NCBI GenBank assembly: GCA_030867685.1
Contig: JAQOWU010000007.1
Span: 310,001 to 374,000, forward strand
DNA from: Wickerhamiella versatilis
Taxonomy: Eukaryota
Length of the DNA: 64,000 nt
Direction: 5' to 3'
Shown: positions 10,357 through 20,924 of the stretch, one piece after another
Numbering within the stretch: position 1 is the first letter of the stretch
Layout: each line of letters starts with the position of its first letter
The notes under the pieces: generated by a model
Told to the model about the DNA's origin: nothing
Seen by the model: only the letters and a program-made list of their open reading frames with translations
Database searches by the model: none
Translations under genes and position numbers: made by a program

Positions 10357-12813
10357 TGGAGGAATAGAATAATTGTGTGGGGAAACTCCACTTTGAAGAT
10401 TTATATGTAAGCTTCTCGAGAATATTTCCTTTTCGGGTGAGACCCGAGTTTATGCAACCTCAAATATTTATGTTGCACCCAGATGTTAAGGTTTTCTTTG
10501 ATACCATATGCTTCAAAATAATATTTAAAGAGATTTTTTGATTTAGAGAGCTAAAAGGCTTCCTGGCGACTCATGTTTCACAATGTTGCCGCGTATTCAA
10601 TAGCTCATCCTAGCCCTGCCCTACCGTGTACGACGCGAATGTTTGAGCTCATTACATCAGTTTTCTGTGGAATATAAATAATTGATCTTTTGCTGCCTGG
10701 AAGTATGGCTGGAGGGTTTTTGTGCATGTATCTATAGTGTGCGATCTACATAGTCGTAGTAACACTGGTAGAAATAAGAATATTCCCCACACATGCTGCA
10801 GCTCACCTAAGCGGTGATCACGCAGGGTATGGATGATGAGTTGTTTGTTGGCCAAGCAAAGTCCGTAGTCTGGGGAGATATAGGCCAGTTGGCATGTGTC
10901 TGGAGCTGCACTCTGACTTGAGTCGAGCAAAGTAGTCACTGGAGTGCACTTGGAGGCAAATGTTGGCCGCTTGCGGAAGCCACCGCACAGGGCCGCGTGG
11001 TCGCGGAATGCAGCTAGTCAGACTTAGAATCTATAGTTGCGGTGTATCATAATGAGCGCGAGACGTCGAGGTGCTAGCGCTATGGGATTGTGACGCGAAA
11101 CGATCTCGAACTACTCACCGGAGGCCCGAGTCCTATTGTCTTGACGCACGGATGTAAGGGTTTTTCTATTGTAGGGCTTCTTCCACGGAAGTACCAGCCT
11201 GGTAAATAAATCCGGGAAGGAAGTAGCAGAAACTGCATAGGTGATATGCAATATCATATTACAGCCTGGTAGTCTTCACTCGGCTATGTGTGGTGGATGT
11301 CGGCTTACAATTCGCATCCATCTGAAAAGAGCCGAAAAAATCTCTTCGAACGTGAAAGTACTTCCCGAAATATATTCACCTTGATACACAGTGCTATTTA
11401 ACCGTGGTGCCTGTTGGTGACCTGCTAGGCGTACTATAAACCCTTACCTGCTGATGAAAGCGATTATTAGCATTTAGGGTTGAAACAATATAAAATGTAT
11501 AATATTCCTTGGCTTGGGCTTTCTTTTATCTTTAAACTTGCTGTAGAAGCTTCATTTAGTAATAGGACTGCCCTCTGTGATCGTATCGTAGCTGACACGG
11601 ACTACTGCTCAATTACTAGTTGCTCACGGTAGAATACAGCAATAGCCTTCCTATGGATCACTTAAATCATCAGCATCCCTGTGGTAGTATGGGACGTATC
11701 ACCCCTTCTTTGCGTGGTCGAATCTGGTAGAACTGGTCTGCCATGGAATACCTCGGGATACTTCGACCATGCTCCCACAGGGGCAAGTCGAGCCCGAGAC
11801 TGAATTCCAGATGGAGGCTCAAAATGTCCCTTTTGATCCATCCGGCCGCAGGAAAAGCCTCAAAGCATCATCTACCCCTGATGTTAAAATCACAATTTCG
11901 CAACAAGATGCATTCGATGCGAGCTTTACATGGTATCAAAGCATCAGACATAATTCGAGTCACAAAATTGACCATATTTGGGCACAAAAGTAATCTTCTT
12001 GATCTGAATGGTGTGTTGATGTTAGAGATATGTGAGACTATTGCGATAGCAGGGGCACATTGTTCGGTCATCCCAGGGCCAGGCCAGTTCCCGCCTTGGC
12101 TGAGTACCAGCCCTAAAATCGCAATCCAGACCCGGTGATCTGCAAAAAATACCCTAAGTAGCCACCTGAAATGAAAATATAGCCTAATAGTACTAAACAC
12201 CCCAACCGTGCAATTGGGAACAATGATGCATCTCAGAAAAATTCATGAGGCCCTAGACCCCTCCAAATACTTTTTGCGTTGGTCCCACTCGAAATCTGTT
12301 TCAACTTAGGCTGATCTTCGTACCCCTGTAGCTTACGGACCACATAATTGTCGTCGCCTTGCCCATGTTAGTGGGCCCCGATCCAGATCGGCAAATTTCA
12401 TCCTATCTCTAACGTATCTAACCAGTTTAGCAGCCTAAGTGTTACTTCTCACCTTTTTTCTTGCGCTATTGAATCTCTGTTAGGAAAAATGTAAATTTTC
12501 CGTGCAGAAATAACAAGGTTATCATGATTACCAACAAAGTGTATCCTTTACGAGATGTCTCAAAAGCTAGCTTGGGGGTGTATTTTTAGGTCTAAATAAT
12601 GTCAGTAATTTGCTGTTAGTGGCTCACTGGGCTATTTCATCGACTTAAAGTTCTCTTTTAACGTTACAATGTGGGTCTTCCTAGCACAACTACGGAAAAA
12701 TTTAATACGAGTGATTACTTAGTCATAGATGACATTCCGTATTCCAGGACTATATTATGATCGGTCTTGTTATAACTGAGCTATTATAAAATTATCATAA
12801 GAACTAATTTTCA

Positions 12814-13977
12814 ATGCTGCCTTGGAGAGAGAGGGTCTTGCACTTTACATGGGCCCAATTTGCATTCACTATTGCCGGTGGTGGTGTCGCTACCATGCTA
12901 GGGACAATCCCTTTTCGGGCTCGGTGGCTAGACATAATTGGCGACATTATGTTTTTGTTTAATCTGGCTATCCTGTGCATCTTTTGTACACTTATGGCTG
13001 CCCGGTGCTTTTTTTTCCCCAGGGCATTTGTGCGGTCCCTCGTACATCCTGTCGAGGCACCCTTCGTCCCAGCATTTTTTCTGAGCTGGGCTAATGTGCT
13101 TTTATCTACAAGTATCTATGGAGCCAGTCATACGGGTCCATGGCTTGTGGTGACCCTTCGGGTTCTATTTTGGGTGTACGTTGCATTGACCACACTCCAG
13201 GGGGTCCTTCAGTACGTATGGCTTTACTGGTATAAGTACACAAGTACCAAGGATCCTAACCCCTCCTGGCTGCTTATTATCTTTCCTGCAATGCTTTCGG
13301 GCTCAATTGCTGCTCAAATTGCTAGGTTGCAACCCCAGAACGCGGCAATCGAGATCATATTTGCCGGAATTACCTTCCAGGCACTGGGACTTTATGTGTC
13401 ATTGCTCATTTACGCACTGCTTGTCCTAAAATTCAGTATCCACGGGCTGCCAGAGCCGTCAGTGCGTCCTGGTATGTTTATCATGGTGGGACCCATGGCA
13501 TTCACTGGTCTGGCGCTTCTCGGCATTGGCGAGGCGGCAGAGACCAAATTCCCAGTGGGGTTCATCACATCAAATGTTGATGCTGGGGCTATTTTTAGGG
13601 TGCTTGGCGTGTGGACAGCAGCCCTATGCTGGGCAACCTGTTTCTGGTTCTTCAGCGTGGCCCTGGTGTCAGTGCTCATAGGTGTTCGTTCCGGTATGGG
13701 CTTCAGGCTGGGGTGGTGCGCAATGGTCTTCCCTAATGCTGGATTTACCATCCTCACAATCAGGATAGGCAGTGCTTTGGGGTGTCGCGCTATTCAATGG
13801 GTAGGAACCATAATGGCCCCGTGCGTAGCTGCGGTCTACTTGGGGTGTCTTGTCCTGTACATAAGGTCTCTGGTTGGTGAAAAGATTATGGCTCCTAATC
13901 GGGACGAGGACCGAATGCTTTGTGCGTTCGATAGTGCGGATTCAAACGTGTCGTGTTCTGTCGAAGGCAAGAAGTAG
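12814..13977 (+). CDS. MAE1: Malate/C4-dicarboxylate permease (Mae1, SLAC1/TDT family)
   Basis: 'RERVLHFTWAQF', 'PSWLLIIFPAML', 'RPGMFIMVGP', 'WCAMVFPNAGF' match Mae1-type transporters. Confidence 0.85.
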   Translation: MLPWRERVLHFTWAQFAFTIAGGGVATMLGTIPFRARWLDIIGDIMFLFNLAILCIFCTLMAARCFFFPRAFVRSLVHPVEAPFVPAFFLSWANVLLSTSIYGASHTGPWLVVTLRVLFWVYVALTTLQGVLQYVWLYWYKYTSTKDPNPSWLLIIFPAMLSGSIAAQIARLQPQNAAIEIIFAGITFQALGLYVSLLIYALLVLKFSIHGLPEPSVRPGMFIMVGPMAFTGLALLGIGEAAETKFPVGFITSNVDAGAIFRVLGVWTAALCWATCFWFFSVALVSVLIGVRSGMGFRLGWCAMVFPNAGFTILTIRIGSALGCRAIQWVGTIMAPCVAAVYLGCLVLYIRSLVGEKIMAPNRDEDRMLCAFDSADSNVSCSVEGKK

Positions 13978-14542
13978 AGCATCTAGCAGCAATTCAATTT
14001 TGCTTTGCTTTGTTTTGCTTTTTTTTCTTCTTCTAAACTTTGTTTTCTTTCGTCTTTCTATTTATTTATCTCGAAATGGATAAGCTCTAAATTAGTAAAT
14101 TATCGGTGGCATAATTAGTACACGCTACCTACCATATTATATATTTCAACATAGGTTGGTCTTTAGACATAGATATGTTTTTTTTCTCTCATCTTGCATA
14201 GAGATGGCTACACAACGTAAGTGTTAAGGGGGATGAGCCTTCTGGATCATCCGAAAATCGGATCTTACAAAATTTCGGTTAATGAACGGCAGATCGTCGG
14301 GAAGTGAAAATAAATTACGCCAGGTAGACACCGGGATAATATTAATATTAATCATAAACATAATACTCGAGGTTTTTCTAGACGAATTAATTTTCTTTGA
14401 GTTCACACGACAACAGCTTTTTTTTTCGTAGTCGTCTAACAGAGGTGACAATCACTGTGGCTCATTCTGTGCTCAGCGTTGGTGATTATGTCATCTCCCA
14501 ATGAGGCTCTCTCACTCAGCACCGCGTGAGACCTATGGAGGT

Positions 14543-14572
14543 GGGGGAGGGAAAAGGGGAAGGGGGTGAGGG
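14543..14572 (+). other. G-rich tract matching the G-quadruplex consensus
   Basis: GGGGG-A-GGG-AAAA-GGGG-AA-GGGGG-TGA-GGG (five G3+ runs, loops 1-4 nt). Confidence 0.5.
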
Positions 14573-14829
14573 TAACAGTACCGCCCCATAATTACCGTTA
14601 CAATATGCGTAGAATTTGTAAATATCTTTAATCATTCCCAGAACTCGCATTTTTTATCTTCATGACATAAATCCGTGTTACCCTCCCAATTGATTTTTCC
14701 AGAACGCATAGCAATTAGGAACTAGCAACCAGCATCCGTAACCCTTGCCCTCGTACCCGCAGGCATTTAGGCTGCGAAAGCACCCTCATTATTGGTAGTA
14801 GTCACCTCCATCTCATAGAAGTAAATTTG

Positions 14830-16317
14830 ATGCCGCACGAATTGAACGCAAAGACGCTGTCGAATCTCCCCTCGACTGTCCAGGGATTGAAATATGACCG
14901 AAGTAAGGTGACGGCAGGTATCGTCCATATTGGTGTTGGCAACTTCCACCGGATGCACCAGGAAGTTATAGTGAACAGGGTACTGGCCCTTCCTAACCAA
15001 GAGCACTGGGGTGTAATTGGTGCAGGTCTTGGTAATAGCAACTCCTCCAAGCAAAAGGCTAAGGATTTGAAGGACCAGGATGGTCTGTACACGGCTACCG
15101 AGTTCTCGTCGGACGGATCGCAAACTACAGAAGTAATTGGGTCGTTGCTTGATTATTTGCTTGTTCCTGATGAGCCTGAAAAATTTTTAGATGTTTTGGC
15201 TTCTCCCAATATCCGTATAGTTGGGCTCACCATCACTGAAGGTGGGTACAATATTGACGAGGACTCTGGCGAATTTAAGCTGGATACTCCAGATGTGGCG
15301 GAGGAACTTAAGACCAACAAGCCTCGGACTGTATTCGGGTACATTGTAGAAGCTCTCGACCGCCGTCGCAAGGCTGGAGTAGCCCCGTTCACGGTGGCGT
15401 CCTGCGACAATCTGCGTGGCAATGGTGATACTGCTCGTACAGCCTTTGTGGGATTCGCGAAGGCTAAGGATGCTTCGCTAGCGGAGTGGATCGATAAGAA
15501 TGTCACTTTCCCCAACAGTATGGTGGACAGGATCGTACCCTCGGTTGGCAGCAAGCAGCTTGAGCACCTTAACAGCCTTAGCGGGATTAATGACAAGCAG
15601 CCAGTTTATGGTGAGACCTTCCTTCAGTGGGTCGTTGAGGACAAATTCTGTAATGGCCGTCCAGAGCTTGGCGAAGTTGGCGTGCAGCTGCGCAATGACG
15701 TCCCGCTATTCGAAACAATGAAGGGGAGAGTGCTGAATGCGACGCATTCAGTTCTCGCGTACCCAGCTATCTTGAGTGGCATTGAGCTGGTATACGAGGC
15801 TATGGATAACAAGCCAATCTACGACTTCGTAACCCGGTTCGTGAACGAGGATACACTGCCAATCCTCGAGGGTCCGCCTGGAGTCGACAAGAAAGAATAT
15901 ACGCAAGCAGTCTTGGATAGGTTCTCCAACCGTGCTGTTGCGGACCAGATGCTCCGTATCGGTCACTACGGGTCGGCAAAGATCCCGGTGTTCCACCGTA
16001 AGACCATTGAAACCCTGCTAAAGGACAACGGTCATATCGACCGGGAGGCATTCTTCCTAGCATGCTTTGCACGATACCTAGAAGGTGTTGATGATAATGG
16101 AAAGAAGTTCGAGGTGGTTGAACCAGCCCTGTCGAAGAAGGATTGGGAGGAACTCAAGTCGGACGACTCTCTGGGCGTGCTGCGCACGTCTCCACTCGCA
16201 CCGCTAAAGCTTGACAAGAACGAGAGATTCGTCGAAGCCTTCACTTTGGCAAGTAAGACTATAGCCGAGGTAGGCGTCCAGCGAGCTCTCAAAGAGAAAA
16301 ACGATGGTAGGTGGTAA
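14830..16317 (+). CDS. Long-chain mannitol/sorbitol dehydrogenase (mannitol 2-dehydrogenase family), bacterial type
   Basis: 'GIVHIGVGNFHR', 'TITEGGY', 'SCDNL', 'FPNSMVDRI', 'QWVVED', 'K.R.LNATH', 'RFSN'. Confidence 0.92.
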   Translation: MPHELNAKTLSNLPSTVQGLKYDRSKVTAGIVHIGVGNFHRMHQEVIVNRVLALPNQEHWGVIGAGLGNSNSSKQKAKDLKDQDGLYTATEFSSDGSQTTEVIGSLLDYLLVPDEPEKFLDVLASPNIRIVGLTITEGGYNIDEDSGEFKLDTPDVAEELKTNKPRTVFGYIVEALDRRRKAGVAPFTVASCDNLRGNGDTARTAFVGFAKAKDASLAEWIDKNVTFPNSMVDRIVPSVGSKQLEHLNSLSGINDKQPVYGETFLQWVVEDKFCNGRPELGEVGVQLRNDVPLFETMKGRVLNATHSVLAYPAILSGIELVYEAMDNKPIYDFVTRFVNEDTLPILEGPPGVDKKEYTQAVLDRFSNRAVADQMLRIGHYGSAKIPVFHRKTIETLLKDNGHIDREAFFLACFARYLEGVDDNGKKFEVVEPALSKKDWEELKSDDSLGVLRTSPLAPLKLDKNERFVEAFTLASKTIAEVGVQRALKEKNDGRW

Positions 16318-16729
16318 TTCATTTATTTCCGTGCATATTCTATGATTTGTCTTTGAGCAGCTGGGATGCACAGCTGTTCGAGCATCGTCCCAATGCGATG
16401 ATGTGGGGCTAATTCTTTTCAAAGCATTTATAGAAGTAGAAATATATAAACCAATATATATTCAAAAAAAAATATAAATTTATTTCGGCAACGATACTTG
16501 CCAGTTCAGTTTAGTGTAGTTTAGTCATGAAGAAGACATAGAAATAATTATTCTGCTCTGAATTTTCGAGAATTATTTGGTATTTATCACTGGTCCTGTC
16601 ACACGCCTGTATTCCAAGCCTATGCTTCACGAGGGGCGATCAAAACCGACAACCACATGATTAGTTATCGAAATACGATATACGCGGTATACACGCGTTA
16701 TTCATGATTGTCAAACAATTGGTTTTGAC

Positions 16730-18241
16730 ATGACTTCTGGTGCGGCAACTTTACTCTCTCAGAAACCTCCAGTGATTGTGGTTGGTTCTGGTCTTGCCGG
16801 TTTAGCGGCTGCGATGCAGCTTTTGACATACAACATCCCTGTTCGTGTGATTGAGCGGTTTGCAAAGCCGGGGGGAAATTCAATGAAAGCATCATCAGGT
16901 ATTAATGGTGCACCAACCAGGTTTCAGCCAATCTCTAGCGGTGTGGACAACAAGTTCCTCTCAGACACTCTCAAATCTGCAGGTACTGCGTTTGGGACTT
17001 CCAGCGTCGAGGAGAAGCAATTACGCGAACGCCTGATCTCTACTTTCACAAACTCCTCCGCAGATGCCGTCTATTGGTTGACGGATGAAAATAAGATTGA
17101 CCTAAGCAAGGTAGCGCAGCTCGGTGGTCACAGCTTTCCGCGGACCCACCGAGGTGGGCCGGGTCAAAAGCCGCCTGGTGCATCAATTGTTTTAACCCTT
17201 TTGGGGGAGCTGAAGAAAAATCCAAATTTCGAACTCCAAACCAATTCGAGAGTGGTACGGCTGCTTAAAGAAAGTGGTAAGATTGTCGGAGTGGAATATG
17301 AACAGTCTAATGAAGGTGGTGAGGCCGTAAAGAAATCCCTCAACGGTCCTGTAGTATTTGCATCCGGAGGATTCGCGGGTGATGCTCATGGGCTAATGGC
17401 TCGGTACCGTCCCGACTTAAATGGTTTCCCGAGTACAAATGATGCCAGGGAAGGCACTCAGCCATTGCTCACAGCCGTTGGGGCCGGGCTTGTTGATATG
17501 GACCGTGTCCAGGTCCACCCAACAGGTTTCATTGACCCGAAAAATCCCTGGGCTCCTGTCAAGATTCTCGCTGCTGAGATGTTAAGAGGAGAGGGTGGCA
17601 TTCTTGTTGACAACCAGGGCAGGCGGTTTGTAAATGAACTTGACATGCGTGACAAAGTAACGGGAGCCATTTACAAGTCAACAGAAGCCTTATCAAAGCC
17701 TGAGGGTGAGGATAGTACGGAAGGTGCGACCCAACAGTGGGGTGTCAAAATTGTTCTTGACGAGGCAACGGCTGAAGCCACATCATCCCATCTTGGTTTC
17801 TACCAGTGGAAAGGCCTCATTCGTAAGACCACTGCTGGTGAGCTGGGCTCTTCGATGATTGATACCCTTCGAGGGTATGGCAACATTGTTTCGGGCAAGG
17901 AGCGCGATCCCTTCAACCGACCTGTATTCGGAAGCTGGAATTTGGGGACTGGCTTGACAGCCGAAAGCAAAGAGATCACAGAAGATACCGTTCTCTACGT
18001 TGGCGACGTAACACCGGTTGTCCATTTCACCATGGGTGGTGTGACCATTGATGAAGAGAGTAAGGTTCTTGACACAGAGGGAGCACCTATCCCAGGTCTC
18101 TGGGCTGCAGGAGAAATAACTGGAGGTGTTCATGGGGACAATCGCCTCGGAGGATCTTCGTTACTTGAGTGCGTTGTGTTCGGGCGCATCGCTGGCGATG
18201 GTGCGGCTAAGTACTATGAGTCGGCCTATGCCAAGATTTAA
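16730..18241 (+). CDS. OSM1: Soluble FAD-dependent fumarate reductase (Osm1/Frd1 family)
   Basis: 'VVGSGLAGL', 'GGNSMKASSGING', 'QLGGHS..RTHR', 'QVHPTGF', 'E.LRGEGG', 'HFTMGG', 'GGVHGDNRLGGSSLLECVVFG'. Confidence 0.92.
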   Translation: MTSGAATLLSQKPPVIVVGSGLAGLAAAMQLLTYNIPVRVIERFAKPGGNSMKASSGINGAPTRFQPISSGVDNKFLSDTLKSAGTAFGTSSVEEKQLRERLISTFTNSSADAVYWLTDENKIDLSKVAQLGGHSFPRTHRGGPGQKPPGASIVLTLLGELKKNPNFELQTNSRVVRLLKESGKIVGVEYEQSNEGGEAVKKSLNGPVVFASGGFAGDAHGLMARYRPDLNGFPSTNDAREGTQPLLTAVGAGLVDMDRVQVHPTGFIDPKNPWAPVKILAAEMLRGEGGILVDNQGRRFVNELDMRDKVTGAIYKSTEALSKPEGEDSTEGATQQWGVKIVLDEATAEATSSHLGFYQWKGLIRKTTAGELGSSMIDTLRGYGNIVSGKERDPFNRPVFGSWNLGTGLTAESKEITEDTVLYVGDVTPVVHFTMGGVTIDEESKVLDTEGAPIPGLWAAGEITGGVHGDNRLGGSSLLECVVFGRIAGDGAAKYYESAYAKI

Positions 18242-18386
18242 GAGCGTGATATATTGTATTACGCGATCTAAAATGCATATATATTCGATAATTTTAACTC
18301 CTTAGAAACTACTCACACCTATATGCATACGACCATCAGGCGCTGATGTAACCGTAGCAAGAACCAGAACCAATCGTCCTTTGGCC

Positions 18387-19019
18387 ATGACAGCTGATGG
18401 ACCTGGAAATGTGGACTATTGGCAAGAGCGCTGGGATGAGGGAAAGATTGATTTTCATCGTAAAGATGTGAATCCAATATTGACTCATAACCTTGCGCGT
18501 CTAGGACTGATGCCTGGGGCGCGAATCTTTGTTCCGTTGTGTGGGAAAACCTTGGATATTCACTGGTTTCTTGCCCAAGGATTTGAGGTATGCGGCATAG
18601 AATATGCCCCGCTGGCCGTTGACGAGTTATTCAGTGAGTTGAAGCTCCAGCCAAAGAAGGAGACAGTTGGTGATTTGGTGCAGGTAACTGCACCACACCT
18701 AACTATATGGGTAGGCGACTATTTCAAATTGAGCCGAGACGTCATTGGCAAAGTTGATGCAGTGTATGACCGTGGCTCTTTGATTGCATTGCCACATTCC
18801 GTTCGGGTGGAATATGCCAAACACATGTTAACACTCCTGAAGCCGAATATTCCACCCCAGCTCCTAGTGACTCTCGATGTTGATAAGCCCAATGATGCAG
18901 GCCCTCCACACTTTGTCAGTGAACAAGAGATTGTATCCCACTACCAAGATGCTTATAGTACAATCCAGCAGGTTGAAAAGATAGATACTGGCGCTGTGGG
19001 ATGGATATTGATACCATGA
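18387..19019 (+). CDS. Thiopurine S-methyltransferase family protein
   Basis: 'YWQERW..G.I.FH', 'RIFVPLCGKTLD', 'YDRGSLIALP..R..Y', 'GPP' TPMT motifs. Confidence 0.9.
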   Translation: MTADGPGNVDYWQERWDEGKIDFHRKDVNPILTHNLARLGLMPGARIFVPLCGKTLDIHWFLAQGFEVCGIEYAPLAVDELFSELKLQPKKETVGDLVQVTAPHLTIWVGDYFKLSRDVIGKVDAVYDRGSLIALPHSVRVEYAKHMLTLLKPNIPPQLLVTLDVDKPNDAGPPHFVSEQEIVSHYQDAYSTIQQVEKIDTGAVGWILIP

Positions 19020-19181
19020 AAAGTATTCTAAGCCCAAAAAAAACCTGATGTGAATAGAATCAAAACTAGCAAATAAGAAATTTATACTTGCTGTTTAATA
19101 TACATAAGTTAACTGAATTAATTATATTAGATCGACCTTAATCTTCAATTGCTCGATTGGGTGGTGTTACCGGTAATTATC

Positions 19182-20924
19182 TCAAGACGAGTGTTTCTGG
19201 ATGAATCTCTTTGATAGCACATCGCTATATGCAGCGAAAGCTAGATCGCCAACAGCTGATAGCAATTTAGGAATGCTGTTTAGGACATCTTTCGGTGATT
19301 TGGATTCAATCACGGCTAGAAGGGCCTTGAAAACACCCGATAGAGGGAGAGGCGGTTCTTCATAAGTACCCTTTTGATAGGTTCCCGACGAGAAAGGCGA
19401 CTTATCAACAGAGTCAAATGTCAAAGTACTATTTGTAGCCATAGCATGACGTTCGTATTCCCCCTCGGGCAAGGAGGCCTGAACCCAGGTGTCACTGAAG
19501 CCAAATATAGGTCGGTCAAGATCGGCAAGAGCACGCTGGGACAGCTTAATACTCAATCCTTGGCTTGTATCGACAATATATTTGCGATCAATCGCGGTGG
19601 GACCTGAACTGAATTCTATTACCATTGGGTATTGAGAATAGCGATGGTGTGTTTCTCCCCAAGGGCCTCCCCAATTGTATATAGAGTACTGTGATCCATC
19701 TTGAGCTAGAGAAACAGAAGTTTCTGTGCTCGATTGGAAATTAGCAAGTTCGACTTCTTGATTCCAGCTAACAAGGCCACTACCCATATTGCCACCCTCA
19801 AAGTCCAACCAGGCTGTTGTCGTCAACGAATGAGTATACCCTGCTATCCAAGTTGCATCAGTTAAAGTACGCGCAAGGGACGTATTCAGCCAGGCACCAG
19901 GCTTTTGACTCCCGCTTCCTTTGACACCAGATTGCTGCCAGGTAAGGCAGGACGCACTCACAAGCCATCCATCATCAACTGGATTATTATCATAGCCATT
20001 AGTTACAGTAACCTCGACCACAGTGTCAGAGTCCCATAATGTTGGCAAGAAAGGTGAAATGTCAATAATGTATGAGGGGACATCCATGACCTTAAGTCCA
20101 AGAATCTCTCTCCACGTGAGAACACTCATTCCACCGGTATATATCACTGGGAATGGATTGGCAAGACCCGCTAGCTGACCATTAACCCAGACCTGAACCA
20201 AACGCGTTGGGCCAAGGTTGTTACCAGTATCATTAGCCATCAGATCATGTGTGTACCAAAACTCCTCATTACCATTGCCAGAGGCAAATATTGACAGAGC
20301 TGCTCGAGTGGTATTACGGGGAAGCTGATTGAGCATGCCCTGCGCCGTGGGTGGAACGTCCTGGTCGCCAGTGATCACAGGATACACAGCATTGGGCTGA
20401 TCATTATAGAACCACGTCTCCTCTTGTGTCTGCTCAGGCTCCTGATTATAGAATTTGGCTACCAGTGTTGTGTTGAAAACACCGTTGTACGTATTATCAT
20501 AAGTATTCCCCAGTTCTAGCTCGACAACCCCGCTTTTCTTAAACAGCGGCATAAAAGTAGATACATCCTTGGTCCACTTTGCACCATAAAGGGTTGTTGA
20601 GTTGACCTCTGCGTTAGGTTCTAACGTTGATGGTCGCCACACTTCAACCCCATTTATGCGAACGTGCGAGAGGCGGTCAAACTGGCGTCCTCCCACAATA
20701 TATTCAATTCCTAGAGTTACATGTGTGAAGTCTTGCTCTGGAGGCGTGTAGTTTACGGACAAGGGTGGGCCGTCTAGGGTATTCACGAAAAGATGGTGGT
20801 CAACTAGTGTTTGAGTGGCAACTGGTTCCCCGAAGTCTGCAACAGGAATATCTAGCTCATATTTTTCATGATAAGCAAGGCTGCATGTGACAAAAAGCAG
20901 CAAGATATATACGCGCTGAAGCAT
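19182..20924 (-). CDS. Secreted peptide-N-glycosidase A (PNGase A) family protein
   Basis: Signal peptide; 'GRQFDRL', 'VWRPSTLEP', 'SGNGNEEFWY', 'PFPVIYTGG' motifs. Confidence 0.88.
   Translation of the reverse strand: MLQRVYILLLFVTCSLAYHEKYELDIPVADFGEPVATQTLVDHHLFVNTLDGPPLSVNYTPPEQDFTHVTLGIEYIVGGRQFDRLSHVRINGVEVWRPSTLEPNAEVNSTTLYGAKWTKDVSTFMPLFKKSGVVELELGNTYDNTYNGVFNTTLVAKFYNQEPEQTQEETWFYNDQPNAVYPVITGDQDVPPTAQGMLNQLPRNTTRAALSIFASGNGNEEFWYTHDLMANDTGNNLGPTRLVQVWVNGQLAGLANPFPVIYTGGMSVLTWREILGLKVMDVPSYIIDISPFLPTLWDSDTVVEVTVTNGYDNNPVDDGWLVSASCLTWQQSGVKGSGSQKPGAWLNTSLARTLTDATWIAGYTHSLTTTAWLDFEGGNMGSGLVSWNQEVELANFQSSTETSVSLAQDGSQYSIYNWGGPWGETHHRYSQYPMVIEFSSGPTAIDRKYIVDTSQGLSIKLSQRALADLDRPIFGFSDTWVQASLPEGEYERHAMATNSTLTFDSVDKSPFSSGTYQKGTYEEPPLPLSGVFKALLAVIESKSPKDVLNSIPKLLSAVGDLAFAAYSDVLSKRFIQKHSS

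Noticed and set aside
10400-12800. Short ORFs (10652-10939, 11743-12138, 11769-11993) in a long intergenic region
   Set aside because: No recognisable motifs; may be a decayed gene but this cannot be supported.
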